Source of the DNA: an uncultured Collinsella sp.
GTDB lineage: Bacteria > Actinomycetota > Coriobacteriia > Coriobacteriales > Coriobacteriaceae
Length of the DNA stretch: 64,000 bases
Reading direction: 5' to 3'
Assembly (NCBI GenBank): GCA_902466285.1
Contig: CABQQK010000001.1
Location: 31,702-95,701, forward strand
Below are positions 45,812-56,118 of this stretch, piece by piece. The position numbers and the translations under genes are program-made. Within the stretch, counting starts at the first letter, position 1, and each line of letters starts with the position of its first letter. The notes under the pieces are model-generated. The model saw nothing but the letters and a program-made list of their open reading frames with translations, was not told the origin of the DNA and ran no database searches.

Positions 45812-46540
45812 ATGGCTACCAAGATTAATATCCGCACCCTGCTCGAGGCCGGCTGCCACTTCGGTCACCAGACCCGTCGCTGGAACCCCAAGATGAAGCC
45901 GTTCATCTTCGGTGAGCGCAACGGCATCTACATCCTCGACCTCAAGCAGACCATCCTCGACGCCGACCAGGCCTACACCTTCGTCAAGAACGTCGCCAAG
46001 GGTGGCAACGTGCTGTTCGTCGGCACCAAGAAGCAGGCTCAGGAGGCCGTCAAGAACGCTGCTGAGCGCGCCAACATGCCTTACATCAACCAGCGTTGGC
46101 TCGGCGGTATGCTGACCAACTTCGTCACCATCCGCTCCCGCATCAACCGCATGGAGGAGCTCGAGGCCATGGTCGAGGACGGCCGCATGGCAGTGCTCCC
46201 CAAGAAGGAGCAGGCTGTTCTCGGCAAGGAGCTCACCAAGCTCCAGACCAACCTCGGTGGCGCCCGCGACATGAAGGGCCTGCCCCAGGCTCTCTTTGTC
46301 ATCGACACCAAGCGCGAGGAGAACGCCATCAAGGAGGCCCAGCGCCTGAACATCCCCGTCGTCGCCCTGATCGATACCAACTCCGATCCCGACGAGGTCG
46401 AGTACGGCATCCCCTGCAACGATGACGCTATCTCCGCTGTCACCCTTATGTGCGAGCTCATGGCTGACGCCTGCCTCGCTGGCTCCGGCAAGGAGCAGGT
46501 CTCCGAGGCCGAGATGGCCGCTGAGCCCAAGGCCGAGTAA
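45812..46540 (+). CDS. rpsB: 30S ribosomal protein S2
   Basis: [19 protein letters not shown] is canonical S2. Confidence 0.9.
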   Translation: MATKINIRTLLEAGCHFGHQTRRWNPKMKPFIFGERNGIYILDLKQTILDADQAYTFVKNVAKGGNVLFVGTKKQAQEAVKNAAERANMPYINQRWLGGMLTNFVTIRSRINRMEELEAMVEDGRMAVLPKKEQAVLGKELTKLQTNLGGARDMKGLPQALFVIDTKREENAIKEAQRLNIPVVALIDTNSDPDEVEYGIPCNDDAISAVTLMCELMADACLAGSGKEQVSEAEMAAEPKAE

Positions 46541-46585
46541 ATCAGTCTTAGTTAATTCTTTTTCATCTCTTTGAAAGGAACCACA

Positions 46586-47455
46586 ATGGCCCAGATTACC
46601 GCCGCTATGGTCAAGCAGCTTCGCGAGATGACCGACTCCCCGATGATGGAGTGCAAGAAGGCTCTCGTCGAGGCTGACGGCGACATGGACGCCGCTGTCG
46701 ACGTTCTGCGCAAGAACGGCCTTGCCAAGGCTGCCAAGAAGGCTGGCCGTGAGACCAACGAGGGCGCTGTCGCCGCGTTCGTCTCCGAGGATGGCAAGAC
46801 CGGCGCTCTGCTTGAGCTTTCCTGCGAGACCGACTTCGTTGGCTCCAACGCCAAGTTCACCGGCTTTGCTTCCAAGGTCGCCGAGGTTGTCGCTACCACC
46901 GAGCCTGCTGACGTCGACGCTCTGCTCGAGAAGCCGATGGGCGAGGAGACCGTTTCCTCCGAGCTCACCGAGATGATTCACATCATGGGCGAGAACATGA
47001 AGATCTCCCGCTTCGCTGCCCGCAAGGCCGAGAACGGCGCGCTCGCTTCTTACATCCACATGGGTGGTAAGATCGGCGTTCTCGTCGAGTTCGCCTTCGA
47101 GAAGGCTGAGACCGCTCAGGCTGAGTCCTTCAAGACCTTCGCTCACGACGTTGCCCTTCAGGTTGCCGCCGTCGCCCCGATCTGCGCTACCCGCGATCAG
47201 GTTCCGGCCGAGACCGTCGAGCACGAGAAGCAGATCTACATGGCTCAGGCTGCCGAGTCCGGCAAGCCCGAGGCTATCCAGGAGAAGATGGCTGTCGGCC
47301 GTCTGGAGAAGTTCTACAAGCAGTCCGTGCTCACCGAGCAGGAGTTCATCAAGGACAGCTCCCTCACCATCAAGAAGTACGCTGAGCAGGTCTCCAAGGA
47401 GCTCGGCGACACCATTACCGTCGTTGCCTTTGACCGTCTGGTCCGTGGCGAGTAA
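46586..47455 (+). CDS. tsf: Elongation factor Ts
   Basis: MAQITAAMVKQLREMTDSPMMECKKAL is canonical EF-Ts. Confidence 0.9.
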   Translation: MAQITAAMVKQLREMTDSPMMECKKALVEADGDMDAAVDVLRKNGLAKAAKKAGRETNEGAVAAFVSEDGKTGALLELSCETDFVGSNAKFTGFASKVAEVVATTEPADVDALLEKPMGEETVSSELTEMIHIMGENMKISRFAARKAENGALASYIHMGGKIGVLVEFAFEKAETAQAESFKTFAHDVALQVAAVAPICATRDQVPAETVEHEKQIYMAQAAESGKPEAIQEKMAVGRLEKFYKQSVLTEQEFIKDSSLTIKKYAEQVSKELGDTITVVAFDRLVRGE

Positions 47456-47477
47456 ATAAGCTCTTGTAGCTGGTAAT

Positions 47478-47514
47478 GAGCAGGCTGTGGGTTTTACTCA
47501 CAGCCTGCTTTTTC
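47478..47514 (+). terminator. Intrinsic terminator after tsf
   Basis: GAGCAGGCTGTG-ggttttact-CACAGCCTGCT followed by TTTTTC. Confidence 0.65.
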
Positions 47515-47572
47515 ATGGCTCTTATCAGAGCCTTTGATATCATATTGAGAGTCTAATTAAAGGAGGATCGCT

Positions 47573-48295
47573 TTGTCCGACATCCGATATAAACGCGTGC
47601 TTCTTAAGCTTTCCGGCGAAGCACTGATGGGCGACGGCCAATATGGCATTGACCCCAAGGTTACCGACCATCTTGCCAAGCAGGTCAAGGAGCTGCTCGC
47701 CGTTGGCCATGAGGTCGGCGTCGTTGTCGGCGGCGGCAATATTTTCCGCGGCATGGCAGGCGCTGCCGGTGGCATGGAGCGTGCTCAGGCCGACTACATG
47801 GGCATGCTGGCAACCGTTATGAACGCGCTCGCCCTGCAGGATGCCTTCGAGCATAACGATGTTCCCTGCCGCGTGATGAGCGCTATCCAGATGAACGAGA
47901 TCTGCGAGCCCTATATTCGCCGTCGCGCTATCAACCACCTTTCCAAGGGCAACGTTGTTATTTTTGCCGCCGGTTCGGGTAATCCGTACTTTACGACCGA
48001 CACCGCCGCGGCTCTTCGTGCGTGCGAGATCGGCGCCGAGATTCTGATTAAAGCCACCAAGGTTGACGGCATCTACGACAAGGATCCCGTCAAGTGCGCC
48101 GATGCCGTCCGTTTTGACAAGATTACCTATCACGAGGTTCTCGTTCGCGGCCTGCAGGTTATGGATTCCACGGCTACGGCTCTGTGCCAGGATAACCGTA
48201 TGCCTATTTTGGTCCTCAACATCGATGGCGAGGACACCGTCAAGCGCGCGCTCGCGGGTGAGCCCGTCGGCACGCTCGTCTATCAGGAGGATTAA
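47573..48295 (+). CDS. pyrH: UMP kinase
   Basis: TTG start. [12 protein letters not shown]...[10 protein letters not shown]. Confidence 0.9.
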   Translation: MSDIRYKRVLLKLSGEALMGDGQYGIDPKVTDHLAKQVKELLAVGHEVGVVVGGGNIFRGMAGAAGGMERAQADYMGMLATVMNALALQDAFEHNDVPCRVMSAIQMNEICEPYIRRRAINHLSKGNVVIFAAGSGNPYFTTDTAAALRACEIGAEILIKATKVDGIYDKDPVKCADAVRFDKITYHEVLVRGLQVMDSTATALCQDNRMPILVLNIDGEDTVKRALAGEPVGTLVYQED

Positions 48296-48297
48296 GC

Positions 48298-48834
48298 ATG
48301 GCAGAGAACATCACCGCCCATATGGACAAGTCGCTCGAGTCCCTCAAGCATAACTTCTCCAAGGTCCGTACCGGTCGTGCCAACGCCAACATTCTGTCCG
48401 ACATCACCGTCGATTATTACGGTGTTCCCACGCCGGTCACGCAGGTTGCCGCCGTCAAGACCCCCGAGGCTCACATGCTGCTCATCGAGCCGTGGGACAA
48501 GGCGCTCATCAACGCTATCGTCAAGGCCATCGGCGCTTCCGATCTGGGCATTACCCCCAACTCCGATGGCACCGTCGTTCGTCTGCCGTTCCCGGCCCCC
48601 ACTGAGGAGCGCCGTCGCGAACTCGTCAAGGAGTGCCGCGAGTACGCCGAGCAGGCCAAGGTGTCTATCCGTAACATCCGTCGCGACTTCAACAACAAGC
48701 TCGAGCGCGATGAGGAGCTCACCGAGGACGATGTCCGTCGCGAGCAGGCCAAGGTCCAGAAGCACACCGATGAGTATGTCGCCAAGGTCGAGGAGCTTCT
48801 GAAGGAAAAAGAAGCCGAGGTCATGGAGATCTAA
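48298..48834 (+). CDS. frr: Ribosome recycling factor
   Basis: The 178-aa ORF carries VRTGRANANIL, a canonical RRF signature. Confidence 0.9.
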   Translation: MAENITAHMDKSLESLKHNFSKVRTGRANANILSDITVDYYGVPTPVTQVAAVKTPEAHMLLIEPWDKALINAIVKAIGASDLGITPNSDGTVVRLPFPAPTEERRRELVKECREYAEQAKVSIRNIRRDFNNKLERDEELTEDDVRREQAKVQKHTDEYVAKVEELLKEKEAEVMEI

Positions 48835-48835
48835 G

Positions 48836-49630
48836 GTGCAATACGACGAGCATAAACTGGTCGAGTACTTTGCCGACGCCCCTGCGGGCGTCGGTTTTTC
48901 CGACCTTGACCTCAATAACATTCCGCACCATATCTCGTGCATCATGGACGGCAACGGTCGTTGGGCCACGTCGCGCGGTCTTGCACGCACTGAGGGCCAC
49001 AAGGCGGGTATCGTCTCCCTTCGCGAGATCATTACCGCCTGCGTGCGCCTGGGCGTCGACGTGCTTTCGGCCTATGCGTTTTCTACCGAAAACTGGAACC
49101 GCCCGCAGCATGAGGTCAACGTCTTGATGCACCTGTTTGCCAAGACGTTTATCGACGAGCTGCCGCTTCTGAAGCGCGAAAACGTGCGCGTTGTCTTTTT
49201 GGGTGACATTTCCGCGCTGCCCAAGAAGACCCGCGACGTTTTTGAACGCGGTCTTGCCGAGTGCGCCGATCACACCGGCATGACGCTGGCGCTTGCCGTC
49301 AACTACGGCGCGCGTGCCGAGATTACCCGCGCTGTCCGTCAAATCGCACTCGACGCTGCCGCCGGTAAGATCGATCCTGGCGCAATTGATGACGACATGG
49401 TGGCTTCCCACCTCTATACCGCCGGCCTTCCCGATCCTGAGCTTGTGATTCGCACTTCTGGTGAGCTGCGCCTTTCGAACTATCTGCTGTGGCAGGTGGC
49501 TTATTCCGAATTCTACGTCACCGATACCTATTGGCCCGACTTTGATCGTTGGGGCCTTGTCGACGCCATTTTGGCCTATCAGGGCCGTGACCGTAGGTTT
49601 GGTGGACTGAGCAAGACCGAGGAGGCTTAA
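48836..49630 (+). CDS. uppS: Di-trans,poly-cis-undecaprenyl-diphosphate synthase
   Basis: GTG start. HISCIMDGNGRWA and ELRLSNYLLWQVAYSE. Confidence 0.9.
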   Translation: MQYDEHKLVEYFADAPAGVGFSDLDLNNIPHHISCIMDGNGRWATSRGLARTEGHKAGIVSLREIITACVRLGVDVLSAYAFSTENWNRPQHEVNVLMHLFAKTFIDELPLLKRENVRVVFLGDISALPKKTRDVFERGLAECADHTGMTLALAVNYGARAEITRAVRQIALDAAAGKIDPGAIDDDMVASHLYTAGLPDPELVIRTSGELRLSNYLLWQVAYSEFYVTDTYWPDFDRWGLVDAILAYQGRDRRFGGLSKTEEA

Positions 49631-49632
49631 TC

Positions 49633-50547
49633 ATGTCCGATCGTCCCAAGGCATCTGCTCCCAAGACGCCAGTTTCCGCGGCGCCTGCGCGAAAGGCTGC
49701 CACTGCGGGAGCGCCTGCAGCGAAGAGCGGCACCGGTTCGTGGTTGGCGGGCTTTATTACCCGTGCCGCCGCCGGTATCGTCTACGCCGTTGTCTTTATC
49801 CTGTGCCTGGTTTTGGGTATCGTGCCCACGGCCATCTTTGTTTCTGTCATGAGCGGTCTGTGCTGCTATGAGTTTTTCCGTATGACAAGGCTCGATGGCA
49901 AGATGGCTAACGAGCGCATGGGTATCGCTGCCGCCGTACTCTTTCCGCTGTCGGCGTTGGGCGATTCGATGTTGCTGAATGCCCTGCTTTTTGCCTTGAT
50001 GCTCGCTGTGGGCATTTGGTATGTCTGGTCGCCGCGTACCCGCATCTCTGATGTGGCCGTGACGCTCATGGGTCCCATCTACACTGGCTTTATGCTGTCG
50101 GCTATCGTGCTGCTGCGCGATGCCGTGCCCGGTTTTGCCGGCGCCCTGCTTTCAGTGGGCGTTTGCGCGTCCCTTTGGGTCTCCGATTCGTTTGCCTACA
50201 TCGTGGGCAGCCGTATCGGCAAGCACAAGATGGTTCCCAAGATCTCCCCCAAAAAGAGCTGGGAGGGGTTTGCCGGCGGCATCTTGGGCTCGGTTTTGAT
50301 TTGGTTCATCCTGTGGGCGACGCACTTCTACAAGCTCAGCCTGCCCTATGCGCTGCTGTGCGGCGTGGTCGTGTCCATTCTGGGCGTTATCGGCGACCTT
50401 ATCGAGTCGCGCATCAAGCGCGGTGTGGGCGTCAAAGATTCCGGCAACCTTATCCCGGGCCACGGCGGAATGCTCGATCGTAGCGATTCGCTTATCTTCG
50501 GTTGCATCACCGCGCAGCTGTTGCTGATGATCGGAGGCGTGCTGTAA
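49633..50547 (+). CDS. cdsA: Phosphatidate cytidylyltransferase
   Basis: Polytopic membrane ORF with the CTP_transf_1 signature SWEGFAGGILGS...KDSGNLIPGHGGMLDRSDS. Confidence 0.8.
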   Translation: MSDRPKASAPKTPVSAAPARKAATAGAPAAKSGTGSWLAGFITRAAAGIVYAVVFILCLVLGIVPTAIFVSVMSGLCCYEFFRMTRLDGKMANERMGIAAAVLFPLSALGDSMLLNALLFALMLAVGIWYVWSPRTRISDVAVTLMGPIYTGFMLSAIVLLRDAVPGFAGALLSVGVCASLWVSDSFAYIVGSRIGKHKMVPKISPKKSWEGFAGGILGSVLIWFILWATHFYKLSLPYALLCGVVVSILGVIGDLIESRIKRGVGVKDSGNLIPGHGGMLDRSDSLIFGCITAQLLLMIGGVL

Positions 50548-51734
50548 TGTCCTTCCAGACGACGTATGGCCCTGATGGACGCCTTCGCGTTGCCGTCCTG
50601 GGTTGTACGGGCTCTATCGGCACCCAGGCGCTCGATGTGTGCCGCCAGCATGCCGATCGCCTGCAGGTGACGGCGCTGTCCGTTAACTCCAGTACCTCTG
50701 AGCTCGTTGCCGCTGCCCGTGAGTTCTCGGTTCCGGCGGTTGCCGTGGCCGATGCCGCTCATGGCGATGACGCCGTGCTGCAGGAGTTGCCCGAGGGCAC
50801 GCAGCTCGGCGTTGGCGCGCAGGCGGTTTGCGAGCTCGCGCGTCGCGACGATGTCGACTGCGTGCTCGTCGCTATTGTGGGCGCCGCCGGTCTCGAGGCG
50901 AGCCATGCGGCCTTGACCTCGAATAAGCGCCTTGCCCTTGCCAACAAGGAGTCCCTCGTCGTCGGTGGCGACTTGCTTATGCCGTTGGCGCAACCGGGCC
51001 AGCTTATTCCAGTCGACTCTGAGCACTCCGCCATTTACCAGTGCTATCTGGGGGAGAACCCGCGCGAGGCTCATTGTATTTGGCTCACCTGCTCGGGCGG
51101 TCCGTTCTTTGGCCGCACGCGAGACGAGCTCGATCGCGTGACGCGTGCCGATGCCCTCGCGCATCCCACGTGGGCCATGGGTGCCAAGATCACCATCGAC
51201 TCCGCCACCCTCATGAACAAGGGCCTGGAGCGCATTGAGGCCATGCATCTGTTTAACTGCGACCTCGATTTCATTAACGTGGTCGTGCAGCGTCAGTCCA
51301 AGATTCACTCTATGGTCGAGTTCGCCGACGGCTCCGTGATGGCGCATCTCGGTGCATCCGACATGCGTATTCCCATCCAGTTCGCGTTCTCGTATCCCGA
51401 GCGTTGGGATGCCCCGGCGCCTCGTATCGATTTCCGCGAGCTGGGGCAGCTCACGTTTGATGCTGCCGACATGGATACCTTCCGCTGTCTGGCACTGGCC
51501 GAGCGTGCCGGCAAGACGGGTGGCACCATGCCGTGCGTGCTCAATGCCGCCAACGAGGTTGCCGTCGATGCCTTCCTGCACGATGGCTGCAGCTTTACCG
51601 ATATCGATCGCATTGTGGAATCCTGCATGGACGCCCACGATATGCAGGCGGTCGATTCGTTTGAGCAGCTTCGCGACATCGATGCGTGGGCGCGTGAAAA
51701 GGCTGCGCAGGTGCTCGCCGCAACCCGTTCCTAA
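50547..51734 (+). CDS. dxr: 1-deoxy-D-xylulose 5-phosphate reductoisomerase
   Basis: VLGCTGSIGTQALDV NADPH motif and LANKESLV. ATG overlaps the cdsA stop (TAATG), and GGAGG lies upstream. Confidence 0.9.
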   Translation: MSFQTTYGPDGRLRVAVLGCTGSIGTQALDVCRQHADRLQVTALSVNSSTSELVAAAREFSVPAVAVADAAHGDDAVLQELPEGTQLGVGAQAVCELARRDDVDCVLVAIVGAAGLEASHAALTSNKRLALANKESLVVGGDLLMPLAQPGQLIPVDSEHSAIYQCYLGENPREAHCIWLTCSGGPFFGRTRDELDRVTRADALAHPTWAMGAKITIDSATLMNKGLERIEAMHLFNCDLDFINVVVQRQSKIHSMVEFADGSVMAHLGASDMRIPIQFAFSYPERWDAPAPRIDFRELGQLTFDAADMDTFRCLALAERAGKTGGTMPCVLNAANEVAVDAFLHDGCSFTDIDRIVESCMDAHDMQAVDSFEQLRDIDAWAREKAAQVLAATRS

Positions 51735-51744
51735 CCCATAAGGA

Positions 51745-53121
51745 TTGCTTTTTCGTTTTATGGATACTGTTCTGAGCGTTCTCTCATCGGTCTTTTGGGG
51801 CCTGCTGATGCTTTCCGTCCTCGTGTTTTTGCACGAGGGCGGCCACTTTTTGGCGGCGCGTGCCTGCGGCGTCCGTGTGACCGAGTTCTTTTTGGGCCTG
51901 CCGTGCCGCTTTGACATCCATTACACGTCGCGTCGCATTGGAACCAAGTTTGGCGTGACCCCGCTGCTGCTGGGTGGCTACGCTGCCATCTGCGGTATGG
52001 ATCCGACCGACGTCTCGTGTGCCGATCGCGTGCTCGCGGCTATCTATCGTCATGGTCGCGTGACCGTGGCCGACCTTGCTGTCGAGCTCGAGCTTTCCGA
52101 GGAGGATGTGCTCGAGGCATGCGCCCTGTTGCTTGGCTGGGGCTCCATCGCACCCTGGTATGAGGAAGGGGAGAAGCCCTCGCCGAGCTACTTTCCCACC
52201 AAGTATCAGACACTGCCTCGAGACGCTGCGGGTTACACCACCTTTGACGGCCGCCGGTTCAATCGAGCGCATGCGACTGCCGAGGGCGATGCGTGGGAGC
52301 TGCCGTGCGGCGAGGCCGAGTTCCTTGCACAAGAGCGCTCGCACACCTATCTTGGCCAAGGCTTTCTCAAGCGCGCCTTTATGCTGCTCGCGGGCATTAT
52401 CGTCAATATCTTGACGGGTTTTTTGCTCCTTATGAGCATCTATTCCATTGCGGGTGTCACCGTGCCGATGGATACCAACGTGATCGGTCAGGTTGACGAG
52501 GGGTCTATTGCCGCCAAGGCGGGTATCGAGGCCGGTGATGCGATCCTTTCGGTTGACGGTGTCTCATGTTCCACTTGGATGGATGTCTACGATGCCATCG
52601 GCAAGGCTGCCGGTAAGGACGATATCGCCATCGAGTACGAGCGTGACGGCAAGCAGCATTCGACCACGGTTGCGCTCAAAGAGGACGAGCGCCTAGGTGT
52701 GTATGCCTCTACGCAGGTGGTCCGTTTAGACCCCATCACGTCGGCTCGCCTGTCGTTCTCCTATGTCGTGCAGACAGCGGATGGCGTGATGCGCCTGCTC
52801 CAGCCGCAGCATACGATGGAGATTCTCGATCAGTCTTCTTCGATCGTGGGTATTAGCGTTATGTCCTCACAGGCCGCTGCTGCCGGCCCTGCCACGTTCC
52901 TTTCCTTTGCCGCCCTCATTTCGTTCTCGCTTGGCTTTATGAACCTGCTACCCATCCCACCACTCGATGGCGGCAAGCTGGTCATCGAGATCATTCAAAA
53001 GATTGCGGGCCGCGAGCTGCCGCTCAAAGTGCAGACAATCGTCAGCTATGTCGGCATCGCGCTCTTTGCACTGCTGTTTGTCTATATGCTTCGTTCCGAC
53101 ATCCTTCGATTTATTCTGTAG
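51745..53121 (+). CDS. rseP: RseP/RasP-family site-2 (S2P, M50) intramembrane metalloprotease
   Basis: HEGGHFLAA (HExxH) in the first TM, an internal PDZ domain and LPIPPLDGG near the C-terminus. An unusually long insert lies between the HExxH motif and the PDZ domain. Confidence 0.8.
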   Translation: MLFRFMDTVLSVLSSVFWGLLMLSVLVFLHEGGHFLAARACGVRVTEFFLGLPCRFDIHYTSRRIGTKFGVTPLLLGGYAAICGMDPTDVSCADRVLAAIYRHGRVTVADLAVELELSEEDVLEACALLLGWGSIAPWYEEGEKPSPSYFPTKYQTLPRDAAGYTTFDGRRFNRAHATAEGDAWELPCGEAEFLAQERSHTYLGQGFLKRAFMLLAGIIVNILTGFLLLMSIYSIAGVTVPMDTNVIGQVDEGSIAAKAGIEAGDAILSVDGVSCSTWMDVYDAIGKAAGKDDIAIEYERDGKQHSTTVALKEDERLGVYASTQVVRLDPITSARLSFSYVVQTADGVMRLLQPQHTMEILDQSSSIVGISVMSSQAAAAGPATFLSFAALISFSLGFMNLLPIPPLDGGKLVIEIIQKIAGRELPLKVQTIVSYVGIALFALLFVYMLRSDILRFIL

Positions 53122-53134
53122 GGGAGTGTTTGGA

Positions 53135-54217
53135 TTGTCTTTATCCCATCCTTTGCCTCGCGAGTTGACGCGCCCCGTGCATGTGGGCGGCGTGCAGATC
53201 GGTGGTGGCGCTCCGGTCATGGTTCAGTCTATGACCTGCACCGATACTGCTGATGCCCAGGCAACGCTTGCGCAAGTGTGCGCGTTGGCGCAGGCTGGCT
53301 GCGATATCGTGCGCGTGAGCGTGCCTACCGAGGCTGCGCTCGAGGGCTTTCGCACGATTTGTGCCGAGTCTCCGGTGCCAATCGTCGCCGATATCCATTT
53401 TAACCATAAGCTTGCCATTGGCGCTGTCGAGGCTGGTGCCTCTAAGCTGCGCATCAACCCTGGCAATATCGGCGATTGGGCTAAGGTCGATGCCGTCATC
53501 GATGCCGCGGGTGCCGCGGGCTGCGCGATTCGCATTGGCGTGAACGCGGGCTCGCTTGAGCAAGATATTGCCGAGCGCGACGACCTCACGCAGCCCGAAA
53601 AGCTCGTGATGTCGAGCGAACGCTTTGTGCGGCACTTTGAGGACCGTGGGTTTACCAACATCGTGCTATCCGCCAAGGCCCATAGCGTACAGACGACACT
53701 TGATACCTATCGCGCCCTGTCGCGCGAGATACCGCATGTTCCGCTCCACCTGGGCGTGACGGAGGCTGGGACCAAGCTTCAGGGCACCATCAAGAGCTCT
53801 GTAGGCTTGGGTATCTTGCTTTCCGAAGGCATCGGTGACACCATGCGTGTGTCGCTCACGGCCGTTCCGGTTGAGGAGCCGCCGGTCGCCTGGGGAATTC
53901 TACAGTCGCTGGGCCTGCGTCGCCGTGGTCCCGAGATTGTCTCGTGCCCCACGTGCGCCCGCTGCCAGGTTAACCTGATTCCCATCGCCGAGGAGGTCAC
54001 CGAGCGGCTTAAGAACTATTCCGCGCCGCTTTCGATCGCCGTGATGGGATGTGCGGTCAACGGCCCCGGAGAGGCATCTGACGCCGACTTGGGCGTTGCC
54101 TGTGGACGAGGTCAGGCCCTGCTCTTTTCGCACGGCCAGATCATTGGTAAAGTAGCTGAGGACCAAATTGTCGACGCGCTTATGGCCGAGGTCGACAAGC
54201 TTATTGAGGAGAAATAA
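53135..54217 (+). CDS. ispG: 4-hydroxy-3-methylbut-2-en-1-yl diphosphate synthase (flavodoxin)
   Basis: TRPVHVGGVQIGGGAPVMVQSMT..., and the C-terminal [4Fe-4S] Cys motif CPTCARC...GCAVNGPGE. Start assigned to TTG ~53135, 8 nt after GGGGAG. Confidence 0.85.
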   Translation: MSLSHPLPRELTRPVHVGGVQIGGGAPVMVQSMTCTDTADAQATLAQVCALAQAGCDIVRVSVPTEAALEGFRTICAESPVPIVADIHFNHKLAIGAVEAGASKLRINPGNIGDWAKVDAVIDAAGAAGCAIRIGVNAGSLEQDIAERDDLTQPEKLVMSSERFVRHFEDRGFTNIVLSAKAHSVQTTLDTYRALSREIPHVPLHLGVTEAGTKLQGTIKSSVGLGILLSEGIGDTMRVSLTAVPVEEPPVAWGILQSLGLRRRGPEIVSCPTCARCQVNLIPIAEEVTERLKNYSAPLSIAVMGCAVNGPGEASDADLGVACGRGQALLFSHGQIIGKVAEDQIVDALMAEVDKLIEEK

Positions 54218-55939
54218 ATGACCCGAGCAATGTATATGTCTACGCTGTATGCTCCGACGCTCAAAGAGGATCCGGCTGACGCCGAGCTTGCGAGCCATCG
54301 TCTGCTGCTCCGTGCCGGCATGATCCGCAAGGAGGCCGCAGGTCTCTACTCCTACCTGCCGCTCGCCTGGCGCTCGATCCGTAAGATCGAGAACATCGTG
54401 CGCAACGAGATGGACGCTGCGGGCGCTCAGGAGCTCATGATGCCCATTATGGTCGATGCCGAGCTGTGGCGTGAGTCCGGCCGTATCGACGCCTATGGCA
54501 AGGAGCTCGTGCGCTTCGATGACCGTCATGGCCGCGAGTTCGTACTCGGCCCCACGCATGAGGAGACCGTGACTGCTCTGGTGCGCAATGAGCTGCGTTC
54601 CTACAAGCAGCTGCCGGTGAATCTCTATCACATCCAGGACAAGTTCCGCGACGAGTTCCGTCCCCGCTTTGGCCTGATGCGCGGTCGCGAGTTCATCATG
54701 AAGGACGCCTACAGCTTCTCCGCCACGCAGGAGAGCCTGCAGGAGGAGTACGACAAGATGAAGCAGGCTTACGCCAATATCTGCGAGCGCTGCTATATCA
54801 AGGCCCTGCCCGTTGTCGCCGATTCCGGCGAGATCGGTGGCGATACCTCCGTCGAGTACATGGCTTTGGCCGACGCCGGCGAGGCTTCTCTCGTCTATTG
54901 CGATGACTGCGGTTTTGCCGCCGATGATGAGGCTGCAAGCACCAAGGTCGTCGTGACTGAGGGTCCCGGTGACGGTACGCTTACCAAGGTTGAGACTCCG
55001 GGCATGGGCACCATTGAGGCTGTTGCTAAGTTCTTTGGGTTCCCCGAGAACGGCACGCGCAAGTCCCTGGCGCTCATCGATGCCGAGGGCAAGCCCGTCG
55101 TGGCCATTGTTCCGGGCGACCACGAGCTCAACGACTGCAAGGCCGAGCATGTCTTTGGCAAGGGCTATCGCATGATGACCGACGAGGAGCTCCAGACCTA
55201 CGGTCTGCACAAGGGCTTTATCGGACCGGTTAACTTGCCCGAGGGCATCCGTCTGGTGTGCGACGAGAGCCTGCGCGAGTCCAAGCAGTGGGCCTGCGGT
55301 GCCAACGAGGTCGATTATCACTTTACCGGTGCCTGCCCCGAGCGCGACTTTACCGTCGATGAGTGGGCAGATCTGGTCACCGTCGTTGCCGGCGATCCCT
55401 GCCCGCACTGCGGCAAGCCGCTCTCTGCTGCCCGCGGCATCGAGGTCTCTCAGGTGTTCCAGCTGGGCACCAAGTACTCCGAGGCCATGGGTGCCACCTT
55501 TATGGACGAGGACGGCAAGGAGAAGCCGCTCATCATGGGTTGCTACGGCGTTGGTGTGTCCCGCTCGCTTGCTGCCGTCGTGGAGCAGCACAACGACGAA
55601 CACGGCATCGTCTGGCCGGTCTCCGTTGCCCCGTACGAGGTCGCGGTGATTCCGCTCGATCCCAAGAAGGAGGAGTGCGCTAACGTTTGCGACCAAATCG
55701 TCGAGGGCCTGTGCGCCGAGGGTATCGAGGTTGTCGTCGATGACCGTGACGAGCGTCCCGGCTTTAAGTTTGCCGATAACGACCTCATGGGCTTCCCGTA
55801 TCAGGTCGTTCTGGGTAAGCGTGGCCTCAAGAATGGTACTGTGGAGCTCAAGGACCGTGCCACGGGCGAGCGTGAGGACGTGGCGATCGACGAGGTCGTC
55901 GCCAAGGTTGCTGAGCTTGTTAAGGCGGCCCGTCGTTAA
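54218..55939 (+). CDS. proS: Proline--tRNA ligase (bacterial type, with INS editing domain)
   Basis: LYAPTLKEDPADAELASHRLLLRAGMIRK..., class II motifs, and a ~180-aa insertion domain. Confidence 0.9.
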   Translation: MTRAMYMSTLYAPTLKEDPADAELASHRLLLRAGMIRKEAAGLYSYLPLAWRSIRKIENIVRNEMDAAGAQELMMPIMVDAELWRESGRIDAYGKELVRFDDRHGREFVLGPTHEETVTALVRNELRSYKQLPVNLYHIQDKFRDEFRPRFGLMRGREFIMKDAYSFSATQESLQEEYDKMKQAYANICERCYIKALPVVADSGEIGGDTSVEYMALADAGEASLVYCDDCGFAADDEAASTKVVVTEGPGDGTLTKVETPGMGTIEAVAKFFGFPENGTRKSLALIDAEGKPVVAIVPGDHELNDCKAEHVFGKGYRMMTDEELQTYGLHKGFIGPVNLPEGIRLVCDESLRESKQWACGANEVDYHFTGACPERDFTVDEWADLVTVVAGDPCPHCGKPLSAARGIEVSQVFQLGTKYSEAMGATFMDEDGKEKPLIMGCYGVGVSRSLAAVVEQHNDEHGIVWPVSVAPYEVAVIPLDPKKEECANVCDQIVEGLCAEGIEVVVDDRDERPGFKFADNDLMGFPYQVVLGKRGLKNGTVELKDRATGEREDVAIDEVVAKVAELVKAARR

Positions 55940-56041
55940 TCGACGATTTCGCTTGTAGTTCGATATACGGGACGGTCCCGCATTTCTCCAGATCGGGGAG
56001 ATGTGGGGCCGTCCTTTTATCTTGTGGCATCCTCGATATCT

Positions 56042-56087
56042 GAAAGGAAAACCCCACAGCCCATTCGAGCTGTGGGGTTTTCCTTTG
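56042..56087. terminator. Bidirectional terminator between convergent proS and the APH-like kinase
   Basis: GAAAGGAAAACCCCACAGC-ccattcga-GCTGTGGGGTTTTCCTTTG. The U/A tracts on both sides allow termination in both directions. Confidence 0.65.
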
Positions 56088-56118
56088 TGCCTCCGATGCG
56101 AAATAAATCGCTCAGATA

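Noticed and set aside
45722-47224. A 500-aa minus-strand ORF
   Set aside because: It is antisense to rpsB and tsf, both of which are canonical. It is a shadow ORF.
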